A stretch of 64,000 nt of DNA, taken from Arenicellales bacterium. GTDB lineage: Bacteria; Pseudomonadota; Gammaproteobacteria; Arenicellales; CBDCFT01. The stretch lies in assembly GCA_965216365.1 (NCBI GenBank), contig CBDCFT010000070.1:92779-156778 (forward strand), in the 5' to 3' direction. Position numbers and translations under genes: made by a program. Below the pieces are notes generated by a model. That model saw only the letters and a program-made list of their open reading frames with translations. It was not told the DNA's origin and did not search any database. Each line of letters begins with the position of its first letter. The first letter of the stretch is position 1. Below are positions 1-9,998 of this stretch, one piece after another.

Positions 1-96
1 GAGGCGAAAGCGAGGGCCTCCGGAGCAATCGGGTTTTTAGTTAAACCCTACCGCAGCGAACAGCTTATCGAGTTAATCCAGCAAGCGCTGGCATAA
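1..96 (+). CDS. 3' end of a response-regulator receiver-domain protein (partial)
   Basis: Frame 1 reads EAKARASGAIGFLVKPYRSEQLIELIQQALA*, matching the GAxxFLxKP beta5/alpha5 end of receiver domains; not in the ORF track. Confidence 0.75.
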   Translation, partial: EAKARASGAIGFLVKPYRSEQLIELIQQALA

Positions 97-131
97 GGAA
101 TTAGTCTTAAGTGTTTAGTTATCAGCCGACA

Positions 132-153
132 GTAGGGCGGAACGTGTTCCGCC
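132..153. repeat. GTAG-type REP-like palindrome
   Basis: GTAG followed by the perfect hairpin GGCGGAAC-GT-GTTCCGCC, between convergent genes. Confidence 0.6.
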
Positions 154-170
154 GACATAACCTCGCGGTC

Positions 171-2276
171 TTATGTTTTATTGGAATTCAAATCCGCAAA
201 GGATTGACCGTTTTCCTGCATACGTTTTAGTAACGGCGATAAACGCCAAAAGTAACTGTCTTGTTGAGCAAATGTTTTAATCTTGGCGATGACGTTTTCC
301 AAACCAACGTTGTCGGCATAAAACAACGGGCCGCCACGCCAGCGTGGAAATCCATAGCCGTGAATTTTCACAATGTCGATATCCAGCGGGCGTCGCGCAA
401 TGCCTTCATCAATAATATTGCACGCCTCGTTTATCATGGCAAAAATCAAACGATTTTGAATCTCTTCACTGGAAAAGTTTCTACGGTGGATATTTCGCCT
501 ACTTGATTCTGCAAGGATGATGGATTCTGCATCCGGGTTTGGTGCCGGTTGCGCATTGTCAGCGTACACATACCAGCCACGCCCGCTCTTACGGCCAAAC
601 CAGCCGCGTTCGCATAGCTGATCGGCGATGGACACGTAGCGCTCGTTCGGATCACGGACAGGTGCGAGACGTTTGCGCATTGCCCAGCCGATGTCCAATC
701 CGCTGAGATCATTTACTTTGAATGGCCCCATGGCCAGACCGAATGCTTCCATGGCATGATCGATTTCCCACGGTAAAGCACCATCCTCCAGCAGGTAGTC
801 CGCCTGTTTGCGCATATGGGCGAGCAGGCGATTGCCGATAAACCCCTCGCAAACACCACTCAGGACGCCGATCTTGCCCAAGCGTTTAGCGATGGAAAAG
901 CCAGTCGCAGTAACTTCCGGCACGGTATGGTCACCTTTGACAATCTCAAGGAGACGCATGACATGAGCCGGTGAGAAAAAATGTAAACCCAGCACATTTT
1001 GTGGATGGTTTGTAGCCTGGGCAATTTCATTAATATCCAGATACGATGTATTGGTCGCGAGAATCGCGTCATGCCTTGCAGCTTTATCGAGTTGCGCGAA
1101 CACATTTTTCTTGAGTTCCATGTTTTCAAATACAGCCTCGATTATGAGATCGGCTTCCCCGGTATTTTCATAGTGTGTTGTTCCTTTGAGATTTTTGAGC
1201 GCCCTGATCTTTTCATCTTTATCCATGCGCCCGCGGTTAACAAAACCTTGTAAATTATTACCGACATTTTCCAGGCTGGTAGTCAACGCACAGTCATCGC
1301 GTTCAAGCAAAGTTACCGGCAAACCGGCCTTCAAAAATGCTGCGGCAATACCCGCACCCATGGTGCCGCCGCCGATTACTGCGGCAGAATTAACATCGCG
1401 TGACTTGACGTTCGCGTACTCCGGCACCGTGGATACTACACGTTCCGCAAAAAACACATGCCGTAGTGCGCGCGCTTGATCTGAATTGCGTAACTTTGAG
1501 AATATCTTTCGCTCTTTAGCTAACCCTTCATCGAAGGATAGTTCCATTGAGGCCTGAATAGCATCAAGCGCCCGAAGCGGACTTTGTTGTCTGCGATACT
1601 TTTTTTGCAATCGGGCTTTTTGTTCGCTGAAAAAATTCGCGGAGACGGGTGGTTTTAGTTGTCTTTCCGACAATCGTGAGAACGGTTTGCCGATGTGATT
1701 TTGCGCGAACCGAATGGCGTAGTCTTTAAGGTTTGTGTCTGCGATACCATTTATCAAACCGATTTTCAATGCTTCAGACGCATTGATGTGTCGTCCGGAC
1801 GTTATCATGTCTGTCGCTATTTCTAGTCCAACCAGGCGAGGTAGCCGTTGGGTTCCACCCGCACCGGGAATAATGCCGATGGTGACTTCGGGCAAACCCA
1901 GTCTGGCGTGTTTTTCCGCGACGCGGTAATGACAACCCAGCGCCAATTCCAACCCACCGCCTAATGCTGTCTCGTGAATTGCCGCAACTACCGGTTTACT
2001 CAATTGCTCGATTGCAGCGATCAGCTCCGGTAACAAAGGTTCGTTTGCGGGTTTGTCAAACTCGCGCACGTCCGCGCCGGCGCAAAAGTGTTTTCCCTTG
2101 CCGATAATCACTATCGCTTTAACGGTGTCCTCTTGCACTAAAGTATGCAGAGCTTCATGCAGGGATACACGTAAGCCATGCGACAAAGCGTTAACCGGCG
2201 GATTGTTAAGGTAAACAACGGCTGTGTTTTCAACTTTATCCAGTTCTATCGATGTCATTTTGGGTTTCGCGTACAA
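171..2276 (-). CDS. Bifunctional enoyl-CoA hydratase / 3-hydroxyacyl-CoA dehydrogenase (likely start ATG 2258)
   Basis: Crotonase motifs FCAGAD, GGGLELAL, PGAGGTQRLPR; Rossmann GGGTMG; EAVFE, TNTS, HFFSP. Confidence 0.93.
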   Translation of the reverse strand: MYAKPKMTSIELDKVENTAVVYLNNPPVNALSHGLRVSLHEALHTLVQEDTVKAIVIIGKGKHFCAGADVREFDKPANEPLLPELIAAIEQLSKPVVAAIHETALGGGLELALGCHYRVAEKHARLGLPEVTIGIIPGAGGTQRLPRLVGLEIATDMITSGRHINASEALKIGLINGIADTNLKDYAIRFAQNHIGKPFSRLSERQLKPPVSANFFSEQKARLQKKYRRQQSPLRALDAIQASMELSFDEGLAKERKIFSKLRNSDQARALRHVFFAERVVSTVPEYANVKSRDVNSAAVIGGGTMGAGIAAAFLKAGLPVTLLERDDCALTTSLENVGNNLQGFVNRGRMDKDEKIRALKNLKGTTHYENTGEADLIIEAVFENMELKKNVFAQLDKAARHDAILATNTSYLDINEIAQATNHPQNVLGLHFFSPAHVMRLLEIVKGDHTVPEVTATGFSIAKRLGKIGVLSGVCEGFIGNRLLAHMRKQADYLLEDGALPWEIDHAMEAFGLAMGPFKVNDLSGLDIGWAMRKRLAPVRDPNERYVSIADQLCERGWFGRKSGRGWYVYADNAQPAPNPDAESIILAESSRRNIHRRNFSSEEIQNRLIFAMINEACNIIDEGIARRPLDIDIVKIHGYGFPRWRGGPLFYADNVGLENVIAKIKTFAQQDSYFWRLSPLLKRMQENGQSFADLNSNKT

Positions 2277-2332
2277 TCAAATAGAAATTAATACAAATGG
2301 TAACAACTGGCACTCACGCAGAGGAGAATAAA

Positions 2333-3307
2333 ATGAAAGCTCATTGCACAAAGCTTTTACTGAGTTTGTTTGTTACATGCATGCTGATTTCCGGCAACAC
2401 GCATGCACAGGCACAGATCGAATCCATCCATTTCCTGATACCTGGCGGCGCAGGTGGCGGCTGGGATGGCACCGCGCGCGGTACGGGTGAGGCGCTAACT
2501 AAGGCTGGGTTGGTCGGCTCGGCGACGTATGAAAACATGTCCGGCGGTGGCGGCGGTAAAGCCATCGGTTATTTATTCGAAAACGCGGACAGTAATCATG
2601 GCACGTTAATGGTGAATTCCACACCCATTGTTATTCGTTCGTTGACGGGTCGCTTCCCGCAAAGTTTTCGTGATCTGACCATGATAGCGGGCACGATTGG
2701 TGACTATGCGGCGTTGGTTGTTAAGGCAGACAGCGATATTAATAGTTTCAATGATCTGGTCGATATTTATAACAAAGATCCGCAAGAACTTGCCATAGCC
2801 GGCGGTTCCGTACCCGGCGGTATGGATCACCTGGTACCGGCGTTGGCATTTAAGGCTGCCGGTGCCGACCCTACCCAAGTCGTGTACTTGCCTTTTGATG
2901 CGGGTGGTGAAGCGATGGCGGCATTATTGTCCGGTGAAGCGGATGCATTATCAACCGGATTTGGCGAAGCGATTGAGTTGGCAAAAGCGGGTGAAGTGCG
3001 TGTGTTGGCGGTGACCGCCGAGGAGCGTTTGCCCGATGCACCGGATGTCTCGACGTTTAAGGAACAAGGTATAGACGCAACCTTTGTCAACTGGCGTGGC
3101 TTTTTTGCTGCACCGGGGTTACCCGATGACCAGCGCGATGCCTATATCAAAGTTCTGGGCGACATGTATGACACGCAGGAGTGGGAAACCGTGCGCGCCC
3201 GCAATGGTTGGGTGAATATTTATAATCCTGGTGACGAGTTCACGACGTTTCTCGAGCAGCAGGAAAAGATCCTTAAAGACTTGATGACAGAGTTGGGTTT
3301 TCTTTAA
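2333..3307 (+). CDS. tctC: Tripartite tricarboxylate transporter substrate-binding protein (Bug/TctC)
   Basis: Signal peptide, PGGAGGGWDGTAR and ENMSGGGG motifs; RBS GAGGAG before ATG 2333; followed by tctB/tctA. Confidence 0.92.
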   Translation: MKAHCTKLLLSLFVTCMLISGNTHAQAQIESIHFLIPGGAGGGWDGTARGTGEALTKAGLVGSATYENMSGGGGGKAIGYLFENADSNHGTLMVNSTPIVIRSLTGRFPQSFRDLTMIAGTIGDYAALVVKADSDINSFNDLVDIYNKDPQELAIAGGSVPGGMDHLVPALAFKAAGADPTQVVYLPFDAGGEAMAALLSGEADALSTGFGEAIELAKAGEVRVLAVTAEERLPDAPDVSTFKEQGIDATFVNWRGFFAAPGLPDDQRDAYIKVLGDMYDTQEWETVRARNGWVNIYNPGDEFTTFLEQQEKILKDLMTELGFL

Positions 3308-3377
3308 GAGAATCTCATACTTGTGTATCGACCGGTACCCGCAACACGCCGCTGGTCGTCGGTACTGACACAACGTT

Positions 3378-3872
3378 GTGATTAAACTGGATCGCATTAT
3401 CGCACTGGCGCTGCTCGCGTTCTCGTCAGCGTATGCCTGGCTGGCGTATAACTACGAGTTACTGCCCTTCGAGCGCAACCTGCCCTTCAAACCCAACACG
3501 ATGCCGATTGGTTTGTCCGTTATCGGCATTGTGTTGTCGTTCGCGGTTTTGGTTTTGCCGCAACGTGCTGATGCCGCCGTTATGGATGAGTCGACGGTTG
3601 ATACAAAAGAGCAAGAAGCGGTGCGCATTCAATACGACTGGCTTCGCCCGATCTTGTTGATCGTTCTAATGATTGCCTATGCCTTGTCGCTGCGCCCGTT
3701 TGGATTTATCGTCGCTACCGCTGCATTTCTGGTGCTGGGTTCATCAGTGCTTGGCGAGCGCAAATTTCATATCCTGGTTCCGGTCGCGCTGACAGGTGCG
3801 TTTTCTATCTGGTACATCGTGCAGGAGCTGTTGGGGATTTATATGAATCCCTGGCCGCTGGTTTTTGGTTAG
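3378..3872 (+). CDS. tctB: Tripartite tricarboxylate transporter small membrane subunit
   Basis: About 4 hydrophobic helices; lies between tctC and tctA. Confidence 0.88.
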   Translation: MIKLDRIIALALLAFSSAYAWLAYNYELLPFERNLPFKPNTMPIGLSVIGIVLSFAVLVLPQRADAAVMDESTVDTKEQEAVRIQYDWLRPILLIVLMIAYALSLRPFGFIVATAAFLVLGSSVLGERKFHILVPVALTGAFSIWYIVQELLGIYMNPWPLVFG

Positions 3873-3877
3873 TCATC

Positions 3878-5386
3878 GTGCTGGAGGGATTGCTGCTCGG
3901 TCTGGGAACCGCTTTTTCGCTTAACAATCTGCTCATGGTGATGGCGGGCGTATTGATTGGCACGTTTATCGGCATGTTGCCGGGACTCGGTCCCATGACC
4001 ATTATTGCCATCATGATTCCGGTCGCCATCAAGCTGGGCGATCCGGCAGCAGCGCTGATATTGTTGGCGGGTGTTTATTATGGCGCGATCTTCGGTGGTT
4101 CCACATCGTCTATACTGATTAACGCGCCCGGTGTTGCCGGTACCGTGGCGACCTCTTTCGATGGTTATCCATTGGCGCGTCAGGGCAAAGCGGGTAAGGC
4201 GTTGACGGTAGCTGCCATCGCATCTTTTGGCGGTGGCACCATTGGCGCGATATTGCTAATTTTCTTCGCACCCGCTTTAGCTAAACTCGCGTTGCTGTTT
4301 CAATCACCGGAATACTTTGCATTGATGGTATGCGGTTTGACTGCGATTGCCACGTTCGCCGGTAAAGGCCAGGTATTGAAAGCGTTGCTAATGACTGTAT
4401 TCGGGTTGATGCTGGCGACAGTCGGTGAAAGCGCATTGCACAACGCACCGCGTTTCACGCTGGGAGTGATGGACCTGCAATCGGGAATTTATTTTGTCAC
4501 CCTGGTTATGGGTTTGTTCGCCATACCGGAAGCGTTGTTTCTGGTGTTTGATCCATCACGTGGTAAACAGCCAAGGAAAGGCGATGGTGCCATTAAAGAT
4601 TTACGTATTACCAAGAGCGAAGCTAAACATATTTCACCGGTAATCGGGCGCCAATCCATTATCGGTTTTCTGATTGGCGTGATGCCGGGCGCAGGCGCGA
4701 CGATTGCTTCGTTCCTGGGTTATGCAATGGAGCGTAACATCGCACCGCAAAAAGACCGTGCCGAATTTGGCAAAGGCTCGATAAAAGGCCTGGCTGCACC
4801 GGAGACTGCTAATAATGCCGCCTGCACAGGTTCCTTTGTACCCCTGTTGACTTTGGGCATACCGGGTTCGGGCACTACGGCCATATTGCTCGGTGCGTTA
4901 ATTGCGCTGAATGTGAACCCCGGCCCGCGCCTGATGTTGGACCGCCCGGAAGTGTTTTGGTCGGTTATCATTTCAATGTACATCGGCAATATCGTATTGC
5001 TTGTACTGAATCTGCCGTTGATTCCGTATATCGCGAAGCTGTTGGCGGTGCCGCGAAATTATTTGGTGCCGTTTGTCCTGTTTTTCGCCTTGATCGGTGC
5101 ATACATCGGACAAAACAATTCTACGGAACTGCTCATCATGGTCGGACTCGGCGTCATGGCAACATTGTTTCGCTTCGCACATTACCCGCTGCCGCCATTG
5201 ATTATCGGTTTCATCCTGGGCGGTATGCTGGAAGACAACCTGGGTCGCGCTATCCGCAAGTCAAATGGATTTGATTTTCTATGGGAGCGGCCGCTAACGT
5301 TATCTCTGCTGGTTGTTGCTGTCTTATTTCTGGTTGTCCCGTTGATTAATGATTGGCGGGCAGCCAGGAAAACGATTTCGAATTAG
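3878..5386 (+). CDS. tctA: Tripartite tricarboxylate transporter large permease
   Basis: GMLPGLG, YGAIFGGSTSSIL, APETANNA, LLTLGIPGS TctA motifs. Confidence 0.95.
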   Translation: MLEGLLLGLGTAFSLNNLLMVMAGVLIGTFIGMLPGLGPMTIIAIMIPVAIKLGDPAAALILLAGVYYGAIFGGSTSSILINAPGVAGTVATSFDGYPLARQGKAGKALTVAAIASFGGGTIGAILLIFFAPALAKLALLFQSPEYFALMVCGLTAIATFAGKGQVLKALLMTVFGLMLATVGESALHNAPRFTLGVMDLQSGIYFVTLVMGLFAIPEALFLVFDPSRGKQPRKGDGAIKDLRITKSEAKHISPVIGRQSIIGFLIGVMPGAGATIASFLGYAMERNIAPQKDRAEFGKGSIKGLAAPETANNAACTGSFVPLLTLGIPGSGTTAILLGALIALNVNPGPRLMLDRPEVFWSVIISMYIGNIVLLVLNLPLIPYIAKLLAVPRNYLVPFVLFFALIGAYIGQNNSTELLIMVGLGVMATLFRFAHYPLPPLIIGFILGGMLEDNLGRAIRKSNGFDFLWERPLTLSLLVVAVLFLVVPLINDWRAARKTISN

Positions 5387-6693
5387 AATACCGAACTAAA
5401 ACGTTTATACATGTTACGTTGACAGCCAATCAATATATTTCCTTGTGGGACGAGACCGCACCGCCGGCTCTTGACGTGGACCCTTTACCCGGCGACGCGG
5501 ATATTGATGTGCTCATTGTTGGCGGCGGATTCACCGGTTGTTCCGCCGCCTTGTACCTCGCGAAGCGAAGCGTTGGAACAATTTTGCTTGAGGCGAACAA
5601 ATTCGGCTACGGTGGTTCGGGTCGTAACGTGGGTCTGGTGAATGCCGGTGTGTGGTTGCCTCCGCTAACAGTCATCGAACAATTGGGCGAACAAAAGGGC
5701 CGGCGTTTGATTGCCGAGTTGGGCGCGGGCCCCAAACTTGTATTTTCCCTTATCGAGCAATATGACATCGACTGTGAAGCGCGTCGCAACGGTACGATTC
5801 ATGCCGCGCATTCTGCAGCCGGGTTCAAAGATTTGGCACAACGCGCTGAACAATGGCATGCGCTTGATGCGCCAGTCGAATTGCTGGATGAGCATGAGAC
5901 ACGGGAGAGAATTCAATCGGATATATTTCACGGCGGATTACTGGATAAACGCGCCGGCACCATCAACCCGATGGGTTATGTGCGCGGGCTGGCACGGGCA
6001 GCGGCCAATGCCGGCGCGCGACTGCATACCGGCACCCGCGTTACCGGACTTGCGCGTAAAGATGGTCAATGGATGGTTCAAACGACTCACGGATCGATCA
6101 ATGCGCAACGCGTCATTGTCGCGACTAATGCGTATGGCGATAACTTATGGCCGGAATTGCCAAAGACATTTACGCCGATGAATTATTATCAAGTGGCCAG
6201 CAAGCCGCTTGGGGATCGTATTAAAAATATCGTGCCCCGGCGTGAGGGCATTTGGGATACTGCTCCAATCATGTCGTCGCTGCGTATTGATATGCAAGAT
6301 CGGTTAATACTGGGAAGCATGGGCAAGATTATAGGTGGAAGCGGCGGACTCAGCCGCCGTTGGGCCAACAGGACTCGGGAGCGTATGTTCCCTCAGCTCG
6401 GTGATGTTGAGTGGGAACATTGCTGGCATGGAACTATCGCGTTAACGCCGAGTCACACACCATCCATATACAATCCGGCGCCGGGACTGTTTTGTCCTAT
6501 GGGTTACAACGGTCGTGGCATCGCACCGGGAACGGTGTTTGGCAAGGGCGTTGCGGAGTATATTGCGAGCGGCGATGAATCGGTTTTGCCGCAGCCTTTG
6601 ACAAAACCCGTGGCCGATACTTTTCGCGGAGTAAAGTTTATAGCGATGGAGGTTGCTTTTAAAGCCCGGCAGATTATGCGTGGCTTTATCTAA
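5353..6693 (+). CDS. FAD-dependent oxidoreductase, DAO/PuuB family, L-pipecolate oxidase-like (start probably TTG 5419)
   Basis: SLWDETAP N-terminus, GGGFTG, GGSGRNVGLVNAG, GYNGRGIAPGTVFG. Confidence 0.8.
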   Translation: MAGSQENDFELEYRTKTFIHVTLTANQYISLWDETAPPALDVDPLPGDADIDVLIVGGGFTGCSAALYLAKRSVGTILLEANKFGYGGSGRNVGLVNAGVWLPPLTVIEQLGEQKGRRLIAELGAGPKLVFSLIEQYDIDCEARRNGTIHAAHSAAGFKDLAQRAEQWHALDAPVELLDEHETRERIQSDIFHGGLLDKRAGTINPMGYVRGLARAAANAGARLHTGTRVTGLARKDGQWMVQTTHGSINAQRVIVATNAYGDNLWPELPKTFTPMNYYQVASKPLGDRIKNIVPRREGIWDTAPIMSSLRIDMQDRLILGSMGKIIGGSGGLSRRWANRTRERMFPQLGDVEWEHCWHGTIALTPSHTPSIYNPAPGLFCPMGYNGRGIAPGTVFGKGVAEYIASGDESVLPQPLTKPVADTFRGVKFIAMEVAFKARQIMRGFI

Positions 6694-6735
6694 AAAGTAA
6701 GAACTCGATAAAAATTTTCCTGGGCAAAGTATGTT

Positions 6736-7464
6736 TCAGGATCGGTTAAACGTCGTTGTTGAGTTGGATACTCCAAACACTTCCAGCAGCGATTGTTCGC
6801 CTTTGGGGAAAAAATGCACTACCCGGGTTCCATCAATTCTTTTAGCCCATTTTTTCTGGTAACAGTGATTCAGGATAGCTGCCCCCAATGAACCAGCCAG
6901 ATGATGTCGACGAACACTCCAATCCAGGCACGGTCGGCACAAGGGGCGTTTTGATTTTGGGGTCGTCTGAATATCGATATTGAGGCCTTTAATAAACTCC
7001 CGGCCCTTTCTTGTTAAATCGATAGTGGGTGCCTTTTGATCTTTATTCCGATGGACTCGTATGAAACGCTGTTTCAGAAAAGAGTCATAGATCGCAACAC
7101 CGAGGTCACCAGCCAAATGGTCGTAACACACCCTGGCTTTTCTCAGTGCCGGTTCCCGTGGTCCTGGCCGAACCCTTGTAGCCCCTGTACGTTGCGCGAC
7201 GCCCATCAGACTTTCCAGTAACTGAGCGACATCCGGTGCGGCCAAACGAAAATAACGGTGTCTACCCTGACTTTCTACAGCTACTAATCCTGCGTCTTCG
7301 AGTTTGGCGAGATGTGAACTCGCAGTTTGTTTCGTAATATTGGCTTCCGTGGCGAGTTCCGTCGCCGTTAGCGCCTCTCCGGACATTAGAGCGGTCAGCA
7401 TGGCGCACCTGGCGTGATCGCCGATCAATGCGGCAATACCAACAATGTTAGGACCATCTTTCAT
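6736..7464 (-). CDS. ArsR/SmtB family winged-helix regulator with C-terminal Cys-containing extension
   Basis: TASSHLAKL and QGRHRYFRLA HTH; CYDHLAG and CLDWSVRRHHLAG motifs. Confidence 0.9.
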   Translation of the reverse strand: MKDGPNIVGIAALIGDHARCAMLTALMSGEALTATELATEANITKQTASSHLAKLEDAGLVAVESQGRHRYFRLAAPDVAQLLESLMGVAQRTGATRVRPGPREPALRKARVCYDHLAGDLGVAIYDSFLKQRFIRVHRNKDQKAPTIDLTRKGREFIKGLNIDIQTTPKSKRPLCRPCLDWSVRRHHLAGSLGAAILNHCYQKKWAKRIDGTRVVHFFPKGEQSLLEVFGVSNSTTTFNRS

Positions 7465-7465
7465 A

Positions 7466-7483
7466 GTTCGATCCTAATCGAAC
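7466..7483. promoter_or_regulatory. Palindromic operator, probably bound by the adjacent ArsR protein
   Basis: GTTCGAT-ccta-ATCGAAC directly next to the ArsR start codon in the divergent intergenic region. Confidence 0.6.
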
Positions 7484-7542
7484 CGTTGCTGACTTGCAAG
7501 CTGCTATCGTTTCGACTCCTAAACTAACTTGGAGACAAATCG

Positions 7543-7875
7543 ATGAGCATTACTTGTTTTATCCGTTATGAAATTGATCCGACTAAAAAAACGGCATTCG
7601 AGGAATACGCTCGTAGCTGGGGGCAAGTCATACCAGAGTGTGGCGCAGACTTAATCGGTTATTTCGCGCCCCACGAAGGATCAAGTACGACGGCCTACGG
7701 CGTATATAACATTGCCAGCCTGGCGGAATACGAAACCTATCGTACCCGGCTTTCGGAACACCCTGGTGGCAAGGCCAATTACGAATTCGCTCAACAAGAA
7801 AAATTCCTGTTGCGTGAGGATCGTATTTTTCTGCGTCTAGCCTCAGCCCCTCATGCGGAGGTTATCCAGCGATGA
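7543..7875 (+). CDS. NIPSNAP family protein
   Basis: ITCFIRYEIDP, LIGYFAPHEG, SLAEYETYR; RBS GGAG. Confidence 0.85.
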   Translation: MSITCFIRYEIDPTKKTAFEEYARSWGQVIPECGADLIGYFAPHEGSSTTAYGVYNIASLAEYETYRTRLSEHPGGKANYEFAQQEKFLLREDRIFLRLASAPHAEVIQR

Positions 7876-8216
7876 TTGCTATGATGTTTGAAGTGTGGCC
7901 GAAGGCTGAGCATAAACAAGGTTATCTCGACGAAGCAGCTAAACTTAAAAGTCTCCTTGAAAGTATCGATGGATTCATTTCCATTGAACGCTTCGAAAGT
8001 TTATATGAGCCGGGCAAAATTCTATCTTTGGGCTTTTTCCGCGATGAAGAAGCCGTTTTCGCGTGGCGCAATACAACCGAGCACCGAAAAGCCCAGATGT
8101 TAGGACGCGAAACATATTTTTCGGATTACCGGTTACGGATTGCCGATGTAACGCGGGACTACAGCATGCAAAACCGCGATCAGGCGCCACCCGACAGTCA
8201 GCAGTTTCACGGGTGA
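7872..8216 (+). CDS. Antibiotic biosynthesis monooxygenase (ABM) family protein
   Basis: DGFISIERFESL, WRNxxEHRxAQ, DYRLRIA; ATGA overlap with the upstream gene. Confidence 0.88.
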   Translation: MIAMMFEVWPKAEHKQGYLDEAAKLKSLLESIDGFISIERFESLYEPGKILSLGFFRDEEAVFAWRNTTEHRKAQMLGRETYFSDYRLRIADVTRDYSMQNRDQAPPDSQQFHG

Positions 8217-8234
8217 TTATCGAACAGGCACCCC

Positions 8235-9173
8235 TTGGCGCTATCGATTCGCTGGGTGACGAAGTTGAGCAGTGCATACGATAGTCCGCCATTGACAGAG
8301 TACGCGTTACTCGTACTCCTCGCATTATTGTGGGGCGTGTCCTATTCGCTCATCAAGATTGCGCTGGTCTCGTTTCCACCGGTTACGCTAATGGCAATCC
8401 GCGTCTCCATTGCCGCTGTTATTCTAACGATTGTGGTTTTGCGCGCGGGGCATCAATTTCCATCTGATTTAAACACCTGGAGGGCGTTACTACTACAAGC
8501 GTTTTTTAACAGTATTGGCGCCTGGACGGTGTTAGCCTGGGGTCAACAGTATGTCGATAGCGGTTTGGCCGGTGTTTTGAATTCGACATCGCCTGTATTT
8601 GTGTTCTTTATGACATTACTATGGACACGTCATGAATCCATCGACATAGCAAAGTTTTTTGGGGCGATGCTGGGTATGGTCGGGGTAATCCTGCTGATGG
8701 GGGTTGATACACTGTATGGACTTGGACGCGAAGGATTGGCGCAGTTCGCGATACTGTTAGGGGCGCTCCTGTATGCTTGTGCGGCAGTTTATGGGAAACG
8801 ATTTAAAGACTTGTCACCCGCTACTTCCGCAGCCGGAACCATGATTTGGGCTTCGCTATGTCTGATACCCATCGCATGTATATTAGATCGACCGTGGCAG
8901 CTAACTATTGAATATCCTGCACTATTGGCAGCACTGATTCTGTCAGTCTTCTCAACCGCCGGTGCTCTACTCATCTATTTCAGATTGGTAAAGACAATCG
9001 GCTCGATGGGTGTTGCCAGTCAAAGCTATTTAAGATCTGCAGTCGCCATATGTGTCGGTATTCTATTGCTGGGAGAAAGCTTGTCCTGGTCGCTGGCAAG
9101 CGGGATTTGTGCGGTAATCGTTGGAATGTTCTTTATAAATGGAGGATTGACCGCGTTTCAGAAAAGGGTTTGA
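8235..9173 (+). CDS. DMT/EamA family transporter
   Basis: About 10 TM helices; LWGVSY, DSGLAGVLNSTSP, LLGE. Confidence 0.88.
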   Translation: MALSIRWVTKLSSAYDSPPLTEYALLVLLALLWGVSYSLIKIALVSFPPVTLMAIRVSIAAVILTIVVLRAGHQFPSDLNTWRALLLQAFFNSIGAWTVLAWGQQYVDSGLAGVLNSTSPVFVFFMTLLWTRHESIDIAKFFGAMLGMVGVILLMGVDTLYGLGREGLAQFAILLGALLYACAAVYGKRFKDLSPATSAAGTMIWASLCLIPIACILDRPWQLTIEYPALLAALILSVFSTAGALLIYFRLVKTIGSMGVASQSYLRSAVAICVGILLLGESLSWSLASGICAVIVGMFFINGGLTAFQKRV

Positions 9174-9237
9174 ACAGCACTTTGTGGTAGATTAGGATGA
9201 TCTTAGACACAAGATTCTACTGGTATCAATAGTTTCA

Positions 9238-9873
9238 GTGATCGGTAATTCCGAACATCGATACATTGTCGAGGTCGACCTCAGACGACAACCGTTGTCG
9301 CAAAACGATATCAATGAGAAAGTCAGACTCTTAAAATCGACTTACAAAACCAACATCAATTTCGTAGTGGCGTCCTTGGTTCTTGCGTCGGGTGTCACGT
9401 ATCGTGCCATTAGTTTGAACTTCGATGGCAATCTGGAATTATTCAAAATATGTATCTACGTTGGTGTGTGGTTTGGCGTATTTACCGGAATGATGATCGA
9501 CGGAAACGGCAAACGAAAACTTCAACTGATAACGATTGGGGTGTTAACAAGCAGTTCGTGCGGTTTGTTTGCATCAATGATTGTGATGCTGTTTACGGAA
9601 CAAGCGAGTAACTGGATAGCAAGCGTCACCATACTGGCCAGCGCCCTAAGCAGTATGTGGTTGTTAACTTACTATGACGAGGTATTAAAAGGTCTGGAGT
9701 TGTTGAGGGTTGTAAACAAAAGACAACTCGCATACATAAAAAAAGCATCCAGTCATTTTGAAGAATTAAATACCTTCTTCGATAAAATCAAGCGACAGGG
9801 TAGAGCGCCACTCACTGCCGAATATTGGGCATTCCGCGATTGGGTTTCAAAAAAAGCGAACCCGACCGTATGA
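9238..9873 (+). CDS. Hypothetical membrane protein (about 4 TM)
   Basis: 211 aa ORF with four hydrophobic segments; no recognised motif. Confidence 0.6.
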   Translation: MIGNSEHRYIVEVDLRRQPLSQNDINEKVRLLKSTYKTNINFVVASLVLASGVTYRAISLNFDGNLELFKICIYVGVWFGVFTGMMIDGNGKRKLQLITIGVLTSSSCGLFASMIVMLFTEQASNWIASVTILASALSSMWLLTYYDEVLKGLELLRVVNKRQLAYIKKASSHFEELNTFFDKIKRQGRAPLTAEYWAFRDWVSKKANPTV

Positions 9874-9954
9874 TCGAACTCTGAATGCCCTGAAACCAGT
9901 CAACTCTCTCGCTGGGCAACGCTGTAAATCAACCATGTAAGGCAGCTTATAAAG

Positions 9955-9985
9955 AAAAGGGCGGAGTTTGCACTCCGCCCTTTTT
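9955..9985. terminator. Bidirectional intrinsic terminator
   Basis: AAAAGGGCGGAGT-ttgc-ACTCCGCCCTTTTT between convergent genes. Confidence 0.9.
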
Positions 9986-9998
9986 AGTACCTGACTTG

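Noticed and set aside
2308-2322. TGGCAC as a sigma-54 -24 box
   Set aside because: No correctly spaced TTGC at -12, and it is too close to the RBS
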